From positions 1 through 41,463 of the forward strand of contig JAKATT010000183.1 in NCBI GenBank assembly GCA_021818615.1: a DNA stretch of 41,463 bases, read 5' to 3'. The translations under genes and the position numbers were made by a program. The notes under the pieces are model-generated. The model saw only the letters and a program-made list of their open reading frames with translations, ran no database searches and had not been told where the DNA came from. Below are positions 9,817 to 20,617 of this stretch, in pieces. The stretch's first letter is position 1. Every line of letters starts with the position of its first letter. The stretch comes from Actinomycetes bacterium (lineage in GTDB: Bacteria; Actinomycetota; Acidimicrobiia; Acidimicrobiales; Bog-793).

Positions 9817-9821
9817 GCCCG

Positions 9822-9847
9822 AACCTTACCAGGCTTATGCGAAGGTT
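9822..9847. promoter_or_regulatory. Inverted repeat AACCTT-N14-AAGGTT in the merR/dcd divergent intergenic region (candidate MerR operator)
   Basis: Read directly from the sequence. It is located 6 bp upstream of the merR start codon. Confidence 0.3.
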
Positions 9848-9889
9848 GGCCGGAGAGCCGGGGACGGCCCGCAGAGTATGGTGCAAGTG

Positions 9890-10471
9890 ATGATCCTCTC
9901 CGACTGGACCATCCGAGAAGAGCTCGAGGCGGGCCGGATCGGCATCGACCCTCTCGGCGAGGGCTGCGTCCAGCCGTCCTCCGTCGATCTCCACGTCGAC
10001 CGCTACTTCCGCGTGTTCCGCAACCACTCCCAGCGGGTCATCGACGTGAAGGAGAACCAGGAGGAGCTGACCGAGCTGGTGGAGTTGGCCGGACCGGACG
10101 CTCTCATCCTTCACCCAGGCGAGTTCGTCCTCGGCTCGACGCTCGAGCGCGTCCGCCTGCCCGACGACCTCGTCGGCAGGCTGGAAGGCAAGTCGAGCCT
10201 CGGGCGCCTCGGGCTGCTGATCCACTCGACGGCCGGGTTCGTCGACGCCGGCTGGGACGGCTACCTGACGCTCGAGCTCTCGAACGTCGCCAACCTCCCT
10301 ATCACCGTCTACCCCCGCATGAAGATCGGCCAGATCAGCTTCCTTAAGATGACCACGCCGGCCGCGATCCCCTACGGGAGCGCCGGGCTCGGCTCGAAGT
10401 ACCAGCACCAGCGGGGCCCGACTCCGAGCCGCTACTTCGAGAATTTCCGCTCGGTCGCGACCGGCGAATAG
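9890..10471 (+). CDS. dcd: dCTP deaminase
   Basis: [21 protein letters not shown]...[10 protein letters not shown]...[20 protein letters not shown] at 9890. TATGGT at 9877-9882 suggests a very short leader or none. Confidence 0.9.
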   Translation: MILSDWTIREELEAGRIGIDPLGEGCVQPSSVDLHVDRYFRVFRNHSQRVIDVKENQEELTELVELAGPDALILHPGEFVLGSTLERVRLPDDLVGRLEGKSSLGRLGLLIHSTAGFVDAGWDGYLTLELSNVANLPITVYPRMKIGQISFLKMTTPAAIPYGSAGLGSKYQHQRGPTPSRYFENFRSVATGE

Positions 10472-10590
10472 ATTTCCCGCCTGCGGGCAGGACCGGTGCG
10501 CCGACTGTCGGGCCAGGAGGGGTGTCCCTCGTCTTCTGCGTCACCGGTTCGTGCCACCTCAGCTCCGACGCTTCCCTGCAAGGAGGGCAT

Positions 10591-12780
10591 GTGCTTTCGA
10601 GGTACCCGATCGCGATGGCAATCACCGCACTGGCGCTCGCCATCGCCGGCCGGCGGCTGTTCTCCCTCTACGGCCTGATCTCTTCGGGCAAGCCAGCGCC
10701 AGAGCGCCTGGCGCACTGGGGAAAGCGGGCCGAGGTCGAGGTCGCCGAGGTGGGCGGCCAGAAGCGCCTGCTCAAGTGGACGGTCCCCGGCCTCGCCCAT
10801 GCCTTTACGTTCTGGGGCTTCACCGTGCTGCTCCTCACGATCATCGAGGCCTACGGCGACGTCTTCCAGCCCACCTTCCACATCCCGGGCATAGGCACCA
10901 ACCCGTTCGTCGGCTTCATCGAGGACTTCTTCATAGTCGCAGTGCTGGTGGCGCTCGTCGTCTTCTCGATCATCCGGCTGAAGAACAGTCCCGCCCGCAT
11001 GGAGCGCCAGAGCCGCTTCTACGGCTCGCACACCGGCGCTGCATGGCTCACCCTCGGGCTCATCGCCGCCGTGATGGTGACGCTGCTCGCCTACCGGGCT
11101 GCCCAGACGCGAGTGCCTGGTGACTTCCCCTATACCCACTGGGCGTTCGCCTCCTGGGGACTCGGCAGCCTCTTCGGCCACATGTCCGTGAGCTCAGCCC
11201 GGATCGTCGAGACAGTGTTCATCGACTTGAACATCGCGGTGATCATGGGTTTCGCAGTGTTCGTCGTGTACTCCAAGCACCTGCACATCGTCATGGCGCC
11301 GGTCAATGTCGCCTTCTCCCGCCAGCCGCGGGCACTCGGCGGCCTCACTACTACCCCGCGTATCGACGTCGAGACGATGGACGAGGACACGATCTTCGGC
11401 GCCGGCAAGATCGAGCACTTCTCCTGGAAGCAGTTGCTCGACTTCGTGACCTGCACCGAGTGCGGTCGCTGCCAGAGCCAGTGCCCTGCCTGGAACACCG
11501 GGAAGCCACTGTCGCCAAAGCTCGTCATCATGGACCTTCGCGAGGAGCTCTTCCGGGCTCATAGGCCAGCAGGCACCGCTGGGGCCAGCACCGGGGGTAC
11601 CGACGGAGCCGCCGGTGCCGGGGGAGCCGCCGGTGCCGGGGGAGCCGCCGGTGCCGGAGCACTCTCGCAGCGCACCCTCGTCCCGGACGTCATCGACCCG
11701 GAGGTCCTCTGGTCGTGCACGACCTGTGGCGCCTGCGTCGAGCAGTGCCCGGTCGACATCGAGCACGTCGACGCGATCATCGATATGCGCCGCTACGAGG
11801 TGCTCATCGAGTCCCGTTTCCCGAGCGAGGCCGGCCTCATGCTCCGCAACATCGAGAACCGGGGCGACCCGTGGGGTCTCGGCCAGTCCAAGCGCCTCGA
11901 GTGGACAGAGGCGCTCGACTTCGAGGTGCCGGTCGTCGACGGGCACATCTCCGACGATGTCGAGTACCTCTTCTGGGTCGGCTGCGCCGGAGCGCTCGAC
12001 GAGCGGGCCCGCAAGACGACGCAGTCGATAGCGAGGCTGCTGCGCCAGGCCGGCGTGAGCTTCGCCGTGCTCGGTCCGGGCGAGTCCTGCACCGGTGACC
12101 CCGCACGGCGTCTCGGCAACGAGTACCTCTTCCAGATGCAGGCGATGCAGAACATCGACACCCTCTCCTCTGCCGGCACGAGGAAGGTGGTCACCTCCTG
12201 CCCTCACTGCTTCAATTCGCTGGCGAACGAGTACCCCGCCCTTGGCGGCAACTTCGAGGTCCTGCACCACTCCCAGCTCCTCGGCCGGCTCATCGCGGAG
12301 GGGAGGCTGCAGCCCGGACGCCTCGATGCCAAGGTCACCTATCACGATCCCTGCTACCTCGGGCGGCACAACCGGGTCTATGAGCCGCCCCGATCGGTGA
12401 TCGAGGCGGTCCCGGGCGTGGAGTCGGTCGAGATGCACCGCTGCAGGGAGCGAGGCTTCTGCTGCGGAGCGGGCGGAGCGCGCATGTGGCTCGAGGAGAG
12501 GATCGGCAAGCGCATCAACCTCGAACGGGCAGACGAGGCGCTCGGGACCGGCGCCGGCGTCGTGTCGACGGCGTGTCCCTACTGCCTCATCATGCTGGAC
12601 GACGCGCTGAAGGAGCGCCAGCGCGACGAGGAGGTCTCGGTGCTCGACATCTCGCAGCTCCTCGAGCGCTCCCTCCCGTCGGCCCCGGCCGGTGCCGGGC
12701 TCGCCCCACCAGGCGACGGCGAGCCGGCACAGCCGAGCGCTGGCCCCGGCGACGAGACCGAGGGCGAGGCTCGGCCCTGA
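10591..12780 (+). CDS. Membrane-anchored (Fe-S)-binding reductase, HdrD/GlpC-like with two CCG domains
   Basis: N-terminal TM helices. Two 4Fe-4S motifs are present (CTECGRCQSQCP and CTTCGACVEQCP), plus C-terminal Cys-rich CCG motifs (CPHC...HDPCYLGR, FCCGAGG). The in-frame GTG at 10591 lies 4 nt after AGGAGG. The ATG at 10615 is an alternative start. Confidence 0.8.
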   Translation: MLSRYPIAMAITALALAIAGRRLFSLYGLISSGKPAPERLAHWGKRAEVEVAEVGGQKRLLKWTVPGLAHAFTFWGFTVLLLTIIEAYGDVFQPTFHIPGIGTNPFVGFIEDFFIVAVLVALVVFSIIRLKNSPARMERQSRFYGSHTGAAWLTLGLIAAVMVTLLAYRAAQTRVPGDFPYTHWAFASWGLGSLFGHMSVSSARIVETVFIDLNIAVIMGFAVFVVYSKHLHIVMAPVNVAFSRQPRALGGLTTTPRIDVETMDEDTIFGAGKIEHFSWKQLLDFVTCTECGRCQSQCPAWNTGKPLSPKLVIMDLREELFRAHRPAGTAGASTGGTDGAAGAGGAAGAGGAAGAGALSQRTLVPDVIDPEVLWSCTTCGACVEQCPVDIEHVDAIIDMRRYEVLIESRFPSEAGLMLRNIENRGDPWGLGQSKRLEWTEALDFEVPVVDGHISDDVEYLFWVGCAGALDERARKTTQSIARLLRQAGVSFAVLGPGESCTGDPARRLGNEYLFQMQAMQNIDTLSSAGTRKVVTSCPHCFNSLANEYPALGGNFEVLHHSQLLGRLIAEGRLQPGRLDAKVTYHDPCYLGRHNRVYEPPRSVIEAVPGVESVEMHRCRERGFCCGAGGARMWLEERIGKRINLERADEALGTGAGVVSTACPYCLIMLDDALKERQRDEEVSVLDISQLLERSLPSAPAGAGLAPPGDGEPAQPSAGPGDETEGEARP
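11605..11658 (+). repeat. 3 x 18-bp tandem repeat (GGAGCCGCCGGTGCCGGG) encoding (GAAGAG)3 inside the Fe-S reductase
   Basis: Units are 11605-11622, 11623-11640 and 11641-11658 (the last differs by 1 nt). The repeat is in frame. Confidence 0.95.
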
Positions 12781-12816
12781 GCCGGCCCGCTACGGCGCGA
12801 CCTGCAGCCGCACGCC

Positions 12817-13248
12817 TCAATGGACGGCGGCATTGAGCGCCTTGGCATCGGCGCTGCGCAGGCGTGCCGCCGTCGCGACGAGCAGCTTGCGGGTCAGGCC
12901 AACCGACTCCCTCAAAAGCGAGTTGAAGTCCTTCTGGCCGATAACGAGCAGCTCCATGTCGGTCGCCGCCTTCACCGTCGCCGAGCGGGGCAGCCGGTCG
13001 AGGAGCGCCAGCTCGCCGAAGTAGCCGTTCGGTCCGATCTCTGCCGCCTTGCGCCCATTGCGGACGACGGTGGCCTCGCCACTCAAGACGACGTAGAAGG
13101 CCTGGCCGACCTCTCCCTCGTCGCAGATGACCGTTCCGGCCTTCACCGACAGGGGGCGCGCCTTTCTCAAGATGCTCTTCAGCTCCGCCCGTGAGCACTC
13201 GCTGAAGAGCCACACGCTGCCGAAGTCAAAGGCTCGAGACGACGACAT
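12817..13248 (-). CDS. Stand-alone cyclic nucleotide-binding domain protein
   Basis: 143 aa. cNMP-binding signatures GYFGELALL and PRSATVKA are present. No HTH or other output domain. Confidence 0.85.
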   Translation of the reverse strand: MSSSRAFDFGSVWLFSECSRAELKSILRKARPLSVKAGTVICDEGEVGQAFYVVLSGEATVVRNGRKAAEIGPNGYFGELALLDRLPRSATVKAATDMELLVIGQKDFNSLLRESVGLTRKLLVATAARLRSADAKALNAAVH

Positions 13249-13327
13249 GAAGAAAAGCGTAGCTGTGGAAAGGCGCGATCACCGGGGCCGCTCCGCTGCG
13301 GCCGCCCGGGCAGCGGGGAGCGGGCAC

Positions 13328-15120
<1,793 letters not shown>

Positions 15121-15208
15121 CGCATCCCTCCTTCGGACCCGTGGGACGGGAAGACCGAGCGGACGCCGTTGTCCGGGAACAGGTTCGGGCCGAGACTAAA
15201 GAGCGGGT

Positions 15209-15257
15209 GTTGCGAGATCGTAAGTGGCGCGCAAAGGCTCTGTTTCTGGGTTGTGAA
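15209..15257 (-). promoter_or_regulatory. Two GlnR-box-like elements upstream of amtB
   Basis: The minus strand reads TTCAC-AACCCA-GAAAC (15257..15242) and CTTAC-GATCTC-GCAAC (15224..15209). The published actinobacterial consensus is gTnAC-n6-GaAAC. The elements lie 90-137 nt upstream of the start. Confidence 0.4.
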
Positions 15258-15299
15258 CAGCGTGTGAACCCATCCCGCAGCGCCCGAGGCGGCGCGCTC

Positions 15300-16043
15300 T
15301 CAGCCTGCTTGGCGAGCCACTGCCTCTGCCGCAGCCCTCGCCGCATCGGGGTCGCCGAGGTAACGAGCCGAGACCAAATTCAGCTCAGCGTCCAGCTCGT
15401 AGACGCGGGGGATGCCCGTCGGGACGTCGAGCCCGACGACGTCTTCGTCGGAGATGGACTCGAGGTGCTTGGCAAGCGCCCGAAGGCTGTTGCCGTGCGC
15501 GACGACGAAGACGGCCTTGCCGGCGAGGAGCTCGGGCGCAATGGCGTCCTCGTAGTACGGGACGAGACGGCGTACCACGTCCTTCAGGCACTCGGAGGCG
15601 GGAAGGGCGGAGAAGGGCAGTTCCCGGTAGCGCGGGTCGTTGACGGGATGGTTCGGGTCCTCGCGGCCGACAGCGCCGGGCGCAACGTCGTAGCTCCGAC
15701 GCCAGAGCTTCACCTGCTCGACCCCGTAGGCGTCGGCCGTCTCCTTCTTGTTGAGCCCCTGGAGCGTCCCGTAGTGGCGCTCGTTGAGGCGCCAGTGCCG
15801 CCGGACCGGCAGGTAGGAGAGGCCCATCTCCTCGAGCGCCAGGTTGGCGGTGCGCACCGCCCGGGTGAGGACCGAGGTATGGACGGAGCGGGGCTCGAGG
15901 CCGCTCTCGGCAGCTATCAGCCGACCGGCGGCGCGGGCCTCATCTTCTCCTTTCGGGCTGAGGTCGACGTCGGCCCAGCCGGTGAAGCGGTTCTCGGAGT
16001 TCCAGGTGCTCTCTCCGTGACGGAGGGTGACAAGTGTGGGCAC
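15300..16043 (-). CDS. gpmA: 2,3-bisphosphoglycerate-dependent phosphoglycerate mutase
   Basis: VPTLVTLRHGESTWNSENRFTGWADVDLS...RLNERHYG...VVAHGNSLRAL. GTG start at 16043. The rest of the 810-aa ORF (to 17732) is a shadow ORF. Confidence 0.9.
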   Translation of the reverse strand: MPTLVTLRHGESTWNSENRFTGWADVDLSPKGEDEARAAGRLIAAESGLEPRSVHTSVLTRAVRTANLALEEMGLSYLPVRRHWRLNERHYGTLQGLNKKETADAYGVEQVKLWRRSYDVAPGAVGREDPNHPVNDPRYRELPFSALPASECLKDVVRRLVPYYEDAIAPELLAGKAVFVVAHGNSLRALAKHLESISDEDVVGLDVPTGIPRVYELDAELNLVSARYLGDPDAARAAAEAVARQAG

Positions 16044-16145
16044 GCTCGCTCCTTGTCTCGGTCGTTCCCGCCATAGCGTTCTTCCTCGCAGCGCCTCGTG
16101 CAACACGCCGGTGCGAGGCCGAGCGCCTGGTCCTACACTTCGGCG

Positions 16146-17762
16146 ATGCGGCGGCGGGAGTTCCTCCGGCTCTCTGGAGGGCTGCTCGCCGGCGGCATGC
16201 TCGCCGGCTGCGCGTCCTCGAGCAGCGCACCGGCAGGCGCGACGACGTCCTCGGCACGGGGCGGAGCTCGCCCGGGCGGCTCGACGAGCGCATCGGGCAC
16301 CTCGAGCACTTCCACCATGCCAGCCGGTCCAGGCGACCTTTCGTCGCTCGCCCGGGAGCTGCAGGGCGAGCTCGTCCTGCCGTCGTCCCCCTCTTACGCG
16401 GCGGACGCCGAGTCGTACAACCCGGTCTTCGACGGCGCCCGCCCGCTTGCCATCGCTTACGTCGAGTCGGCCCGAGACGTCGTGGCCGCGGTCGGCTACG
16501 GGAAGGACCGGGGCGTGCCGCTCTCGATCCGCTCCGGGGGGCACTGCTACGGCGGATGGTCGACCGGACCGGGACTCGTGATCGACGTGAGCCGGCTGTC
16601 GGCCGTGAGCGTCGCCGCTGCGGCGGTGTCGGCGGGAACCGGCACTCGGCTGATCGACCTCTACGCCGCCCTGGCGCGAAGCGGGGTGGCCGTGCCCGGG
16701 GGGTCCTGCCCCTCGGTCGGTCTGGCCGGGCTGGCTCTCGGCGGTGGGCTCGGCGTCCTCGACCGCAAGTTCGGGTTGACGAGCGACAACATGGTGAGTG
16801 CGGAGGTCGTGCTCGCCTCCGGCGATGTCGTCACCTGCTCGAGCAGCGAGCGGACCGATCTCTTCTGGGCGCTGAGAGGAGCAGGTGGGGGCAACTTCGG
16901 CGTCGTGACGAGCATGGAGCTGCGTGCACATCCCATCGGTGAGCTCGCCATCTTCACCCTCGTCTGGCCGTGGCCGTCTGCCCCACAGGTCGTCGCCGCC
17001 TGGCAGGAGTGGGCGCCGCCAGGCCCGGACGAGCTGTGGTCCAACTGCCTGCTCCTCGCCAGCCAGGACACCCCGTCGGGCGTCGGACCGGTCGCCCGGG
17101 TGACCGGCGTCTATGTGGGGAGTCAAGCCGCTTTGCAGGCAGAGGTGGACAACCTGGTCGCGGCGGTCGGCGCCGGCCCCTTCGACCACTTCGTCGGAGC
17201 GGGCGGCTACCTCGACACCATGCTCATCGAGGCGGGCTGTGGCGGGGACAGCGTGGCCGAGTGCCACCTGCCGAGCCAGCAGCCAGGAGGCATCCTCACC
17301 CGTGCGCCGTTCGCCGCCAAGTCCGACTTCGTGACGGCGCGCCTGGCCTCGGGCGGCATCACGACGCTTCTCGCCGCAGTCGAGGCACGCGAGAGCTCGC
17401 CCGTGCTGTCGGGAGGCGGCGTCGCCCTCGATGCCTCGGGAGGCGCCATAAACCGCCTGGCTCCGAACGCGACCGCCTTCGTCCACCGCGACGCCCTGTT
17501 CAGCCTGCAGTACAGCGCCAACTGGCCAGAGGGAGCCCCGGGCTCGCTCGTGCAGGCGAACCGCCAGTGGCTGCAGGCGTCGTGGCAGTCCATGCGGCCG
17601 TACGTGAGCGGGCAGGCGTACCAGAACTATGCCGACCCCGCCCTCGCCGACTGGGCGCACGCCTACTACGGCTCGAACCTTCCCCGGCTCGAGGAGGTGA
17701 AGGCGCGCTACGACCCGGGGAACCTGTGGCACTTCCCCCAGTCCATCCCCCTCCCGTCCTGA
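16146..17762 (+). CDS. FAD-linked oxidase with C-terminal BBE domain, Tat-signal lipoprotein
   Basis: MRRREFLRLSGGLLAGGMLAGC gives a twin-Arg motif plus a lipobox Cys. FAD_binding_4-like motifs are present (SIRSGGHCYGG; CPSVGLAGLALGGGLG). The BBE-like end is YQNYADP...YDPGNLWHFPQSI. Confidence 0.85.
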   Translation: MRRREFLRLSGGLLAGGMLAGCASSSSAPAGATTSSARGGARPGGSTSASGTSSTSTMPAGPGDLSSLARELQGELVLPSSPSYAADAESYNPVFDGARPLAIAYVESARDVVAAVGYGKDRGVPLSIRSGGHCYGGWSTGPGLVIDVSRLSAVSVAAAAVSAGTGTRLIDLYAALARSGVAVPGGSCPSVGLAGLALGGGLGVLDRKFGLTSDNMVSAEVVLASGDVVTCSSSERTDLFWALRGAGGGNFGVVTSMELRAHPIGELAIFTLVWPWPSAPQVVAAWQEWAPPGPDELWSNCLLLASQDTPSGVGPVARVTGVYVGSQAALQAEVDNLVAAVGAGPFDHFVGAGGYLDTMLIEAGCGGDSVAECHLPSQQPGGILTRAPFAAKSDFVTARLASGGITTLLAAVEARESSPVLSGGGVALDASGGAINRLAPNATAFVHRDALFSLQYSANWPEGAPGSLVQANRQWLQASWQSMRPYVSGQAYQNYADPALADWAHAYYGSNLPRLEEVKARYDPGNLWHFPQSIPLPS

Positions 17763-17784
17763 GCCCCCGCCGCTCCGCCGTCCC

Positions 17785-17831
17785 GCGGCGCGGCGACGGG
17801 GCGCGGCTGAGGCGGCGCGGCGACGGGGCGC
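17785..17831. repeat. Identical 20-mer GCGGCGCGGCGACGGGGCGC twice, 27-bp period, intergenic
   Basis: 17785-17804 and 17812-17831 are identical by direct count. Confidence 0.9.
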
Positions 17832-17866
17832 ACTCGCAACATGCCGTTCTCACAACGGACCATCTC

Positions 17867-17910
17867 GCGTAACAGAGCCGGCGTAACGTGACTGCGTGCC
17901 GCGTTACGCC
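17867..17910 (+). promoter_or_regulatory. GCGTAAC motif trio (two direct, one inverted) bracketing the GTG start of the ACT-domain gene
   Basis: GCGTAAC at 17867 and 17881, and GTTACGC at 17903. The 9-bp arms GGCGTAACG (17880-17888) and CGTTACGCC (17902-17910) can pair, placing the GTG (17896) in the loop. Confidence 0.35.
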
Positions 17911-18534
17911 GTGGAGGTCCTCCTCGACGACCGGCCCGGCGCGCTCGGGCTCGTGGCGAGCCTGATCGGCGAGCTCGGCGGCGACGTCGTCGACATAGAC
18001 GTGATCGAGCACTTCCCCGGCCAGGTCCGCGACGAGATAACCGTCGACCTCCCGAGCGATGCGGTCACCGGCGAGCTGGCGTCCTGTCTCGGCGAACTGA
18101 AGGGCGTCGTGCTCGAGCATCTTGCCCCGGTGGGCCAGTTCGGCCACCACCTGCTCGTGGACGCGCTCGAGGTGGCGGGCGCGCTCGTCGCCGAGCGGGA
18201 CCCGGCCGGCGTGCTCGATGCGCTCGTCACGGGCGTGCAGGCCGCCTTCGGCACGTCCTGGGTGCTCGTGGCCACCGACGGGGGCCAGCGGATAGTAGCG
18301 GCAGCCGGCGAGGAGCTGCCGGAGCCGTCGGAGCCGGTGATGGGGCGAGACGATGGCGGTGTGCCTCTCGGCAACGGGGACGACCGCCTCGTGCTCGACC
18401 TCGGCTGCTGCGGTGCACGCCTCGTCGTTGGCAGGAACGGCTGGCCGTTCCGCAACAGGGAGCTCCGCGAGCTGTCGGCCCTCGCCCGCATCGCAGGCGA
18501 GAGGTGGTCACAGGTCGCTGCGACCGGCAGCTGA
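17896..18534 (+). CDS. ACT domain protein with a GAF-like C-terminal half
   Basis: The N-terminus YAVEVLLDDRPGALGLVASLIGELGGDVVDIDV is ACT-like. The C-terminal ~130 aa is of unknown (GAF-like?) fold. 212 aa. Confidence 0.65.
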   Translation: MPRYAVEVLLDDRPGALGLVASLIGELGGDVVDIDVIEHFPGQVRDEITVDLPSDAVTGELASCLGELKGVVLEHLAPVGQFGHHLLVDALEVAGALVAERDPAGVLDALVTGVQAAFGTSWVLVATDGGQRIVAAAGEELPEPSEPVMGRDDGGVPLGNGDDRLVLDLGCCGARLVVGRNGWPFRNRELRELSALARIAGERWSQVAATGS

Positions 18535-18621
18535 GCACGCCGAGGCAACCGGCTCTGGAGCCTCGTCCGAGCCGCTCCAACCGCCTGAGCGACAGGCTGG
18601 CCCTCCCGGCCTCCCTGCGAC

Positions 18622-18653
18622 ATTGACAACAGTACGCTCAACTTCGTTATACT
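18622..18653 (+). promoter_or_regulatory. Near-consensus promoter TTGACA-N19-TATACT, with an overlapping HAIR-like element (ATTGACA-N7-GCTCAAC)
   Basis: TTGACA at 18623-18628 and TATACT at 18648-18653, ~108 nt upstream of the dnaK ATG. The HAIR consensus is CTTGAGT-N7-ACTCAAG. Here 9/14 positions match at the correct spacing. Confidence 0.45.
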
Positions 18654-18760
18654 GAGAGCTGTAAGTGAACAGACAAGCGCTCGGGTGACGAAGCGCGAAA
18701 GCCCGGGCACGAACGGGGTATCCGCTGCCGGTCGCCCCGATGAAAGGAAGTGGAGCTCTC

Positions 18761-20617
18761 ATGCCGAAAGCCGTGGGGATCGACCTCGGCACCACCAACT
18801 CTGTGGTCGCGTTCCTCGAAGCCGGCGAGCCGACCGTCATACCCAACGCCGAAGGCGGACGGACGACCCCGTCGGTCGTCGGCTTTGCCAAGTCGGGTGA
18901 GGTGCTCGTCGGCGAGGTCGCCAAACGACAGGCGATCACGAACCCCGACCGGACCGTCCGATCCGTGAAGCGCCAGATGGGGACGGACTGGACCATCGGC
19001 ATCGACGCGAAGAAGTACACGGCCCAGGAGATCTCGGCCCGGATACTCCAGAAGCTGAAGCGGGACGCGGAGTCATATCTCGGCGACACGGTCGCCCAGG
19101 CCGTCATCACCGTGCCGGCCTATTTCGACGACGCCCAGCGCACCGCGACCAAAGAGGCCGGGCAGATCGCCGGCCTCGAGGTCCTTCGGATCATCAACGA
19201 GCCGACTGCCGCCGCCCTCGCCTACGGGCTCGACAAGGAGGGCGCCGACCAGACGGTGCTCGTGTTCGACCTGGGCGGCGGCACCTTCGACGTGTCGGTG
19301 CTCGACATCGGTGAAGGCGTCTTCGAGGTGAAGTCGACTTCGGGCAACACCCACCTCGGGGGCGACGACTGGGACCAGCGGGTCATCGACTGGCTCGTGA
19401 AGACGTTCAAGGACACCGAGGGCGTAGACCTGTCGAACGACAAGATGGCCATGCAGCGCCTGAAGGAAGCTGCGGAGAAGGCCAAGATCGAGCTGTCGAC
19501 GGTGCAGGAGACGACAGTCAACCTGCCGTTCATCACAGCCACGAGCGAGGGTCCGAAGCACCTCGACCTGAAGCTCACGCGCTCCAAGCTCCAAGAGCTC
19601 ACCGAGGACCTCGTCGACGCCTGCAAGGGCCCGTTCGAGCAGGCAATCAGCGATGCCGGCCTGTCGAAGGCCGACATTCACCATGTCGTCCTCGTCGGCG
19701 GCTCGACGCGCATGCCCGCGATCCAAGAGCTCGTCCAGCAGCTGACCGGCAAGGAGCCCCACAAGGGCGTGAACCCGGACGAGGTCGTCGCCGTCGGTGC
19801 CGCCATCCAGGCAGGCGTGCTGAAAGGCGAGGTGAAGGACGTCCTGCTTCTGGACGTCACCCCGCTCAGCCTCGGCATCGAGACCAAAGGTGGGATCACC
19901 CACAAGCTCATCGAGCGCAACACGACGATCCCGACCCGCCGCTCGGAGATCTTCACGACCGCCGAGGACAGCCAGCCGTCTGTCGAGATCCACGTCCTGC
20001 AGGGCGAGCGCGAGATGGCGATGTACAACAAGACGCTCGGCAAGTTCCAGCTCGTCGACCTGCCCCCGGCGCCTCGCGGCGTCCCGCAGATCGAGGTCGC
20101 CTTCGACATCGACGCCAACGGCATAGTGCACGTCTCTGCGAAGGACCTCGCGACCGGAAAGGAGCAGTCGATGACGATCACCGGCCAGTCCTCGCTGCCG
20201 AGGGACGACATCGAGCGCATGGTGCGCGACGCCGAGGCGCACGCCGCCGACGACCGCCGCCGCCGTGAGGAGGCAGAGGCGAGGAACAACGCCGACACTC
20301 TCGTCTACCAGACCGAGAAGCTCCTGCGTGAGCAGGGCGACAAGGTGCCGGCTGACGAGCGCGAGAAGGTCGAGTCCGCCCTCAAGGAAGTGAAGGGCGC
20401 CCTCGCCGGATCGGACGTCGGGGCGATCAACCGTGCCCTCGACACGCTGCGCTCCGCCTCGTCGGTCATGGGCCAGCGGATGTACGAGGAGGCCAGCCGG
20501 CACCAGGCCGGCTCCGCCCCCGGCTCGTCCACCGGGCCGGCGAGCGCGTCCTCCGACGAGGAGGTCGTGGACGCCGAGATCGTCGACGAGCCCAATACGG
20601 GCACCGAGGGCTCATGA
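18761..20617 (+). CDS. dnaK: Chaperone DnaK (Hsp70)
   Basis: [17 protein letters not shown]..., [10 protein letters not shown], and full-length Hsp70 features. GGAAGTGGAG lies upstream of the ATG at 18761. Confidence 0.97.
   Translation: MPKAVGIDLGTTNSVVAFLEAGEPTVIPNAEGGRTTPSVVGFAKSGEVLVGEVAKRQAITNPDRTVRSVKRQMGTDWTIGIDAKKYTAQEISARILQKLKRDAESYLGDTVAQAVITVPAYFDDAQRTATKEAGQIAGLEVLRIINEPTAAALAYGLDKEGADQTVLVFDLGGGTFDVSVLDIGEGVFEVKSTSGNTHLGGDDWDQRVIDWLVKTFKDTEGVDLSNDKMAMQRLKEAAEKAKIELSTVQETTVNLPFITATSEGPKHLDLKLTRSKLQELTEDLVDACKGPFEQAISDAGLSKADIHHVVLVGGSTRMPAIQELVQQLTGKEPHKGVNPDEVVAVGAAIQAGVLKGEVKDVLLLDVTPLSLGIETKGGITHKLIERNTTIPTRRSEIFTTAEDSQPSVEIHVLQGEREMAMYNKTLGKFQLVDLPPAPRGVPQIEVAFDIDANGIVHVSAKDLATGKEQSMTITGQSSLPRDDIERMVRDAEAHAADDRRRREEAEARNNADTLVYQTEKLLREQGDKVPADEREKVESALKEVKGALAGSDVGAINRALDTLRSASSVMGQRMYEEASRHQAGSAPGSSTGPASASSDEEVVDAEIVDEPNTGTEGS

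Noticed and set aside
9817-9889. SAH riboswitch upstream of ahcY
   Set aside because: ahcY is translationally coupled to merR, and the only upstream non-coding DNA is 73 bp shared with the dcd promoter. That is too short, and it lacks the SAH-element features.
15300-17732. 810-aa minus-strand ORF
   Set aside because: Only the last ~247 codons (15300-16043) are a recognisable protein (gpmA). The remainder is Arg/Gly/Ala-rich and lies antisense to a well-supported FAD oxidase gene. It is a typical high-GC shadow ORF.
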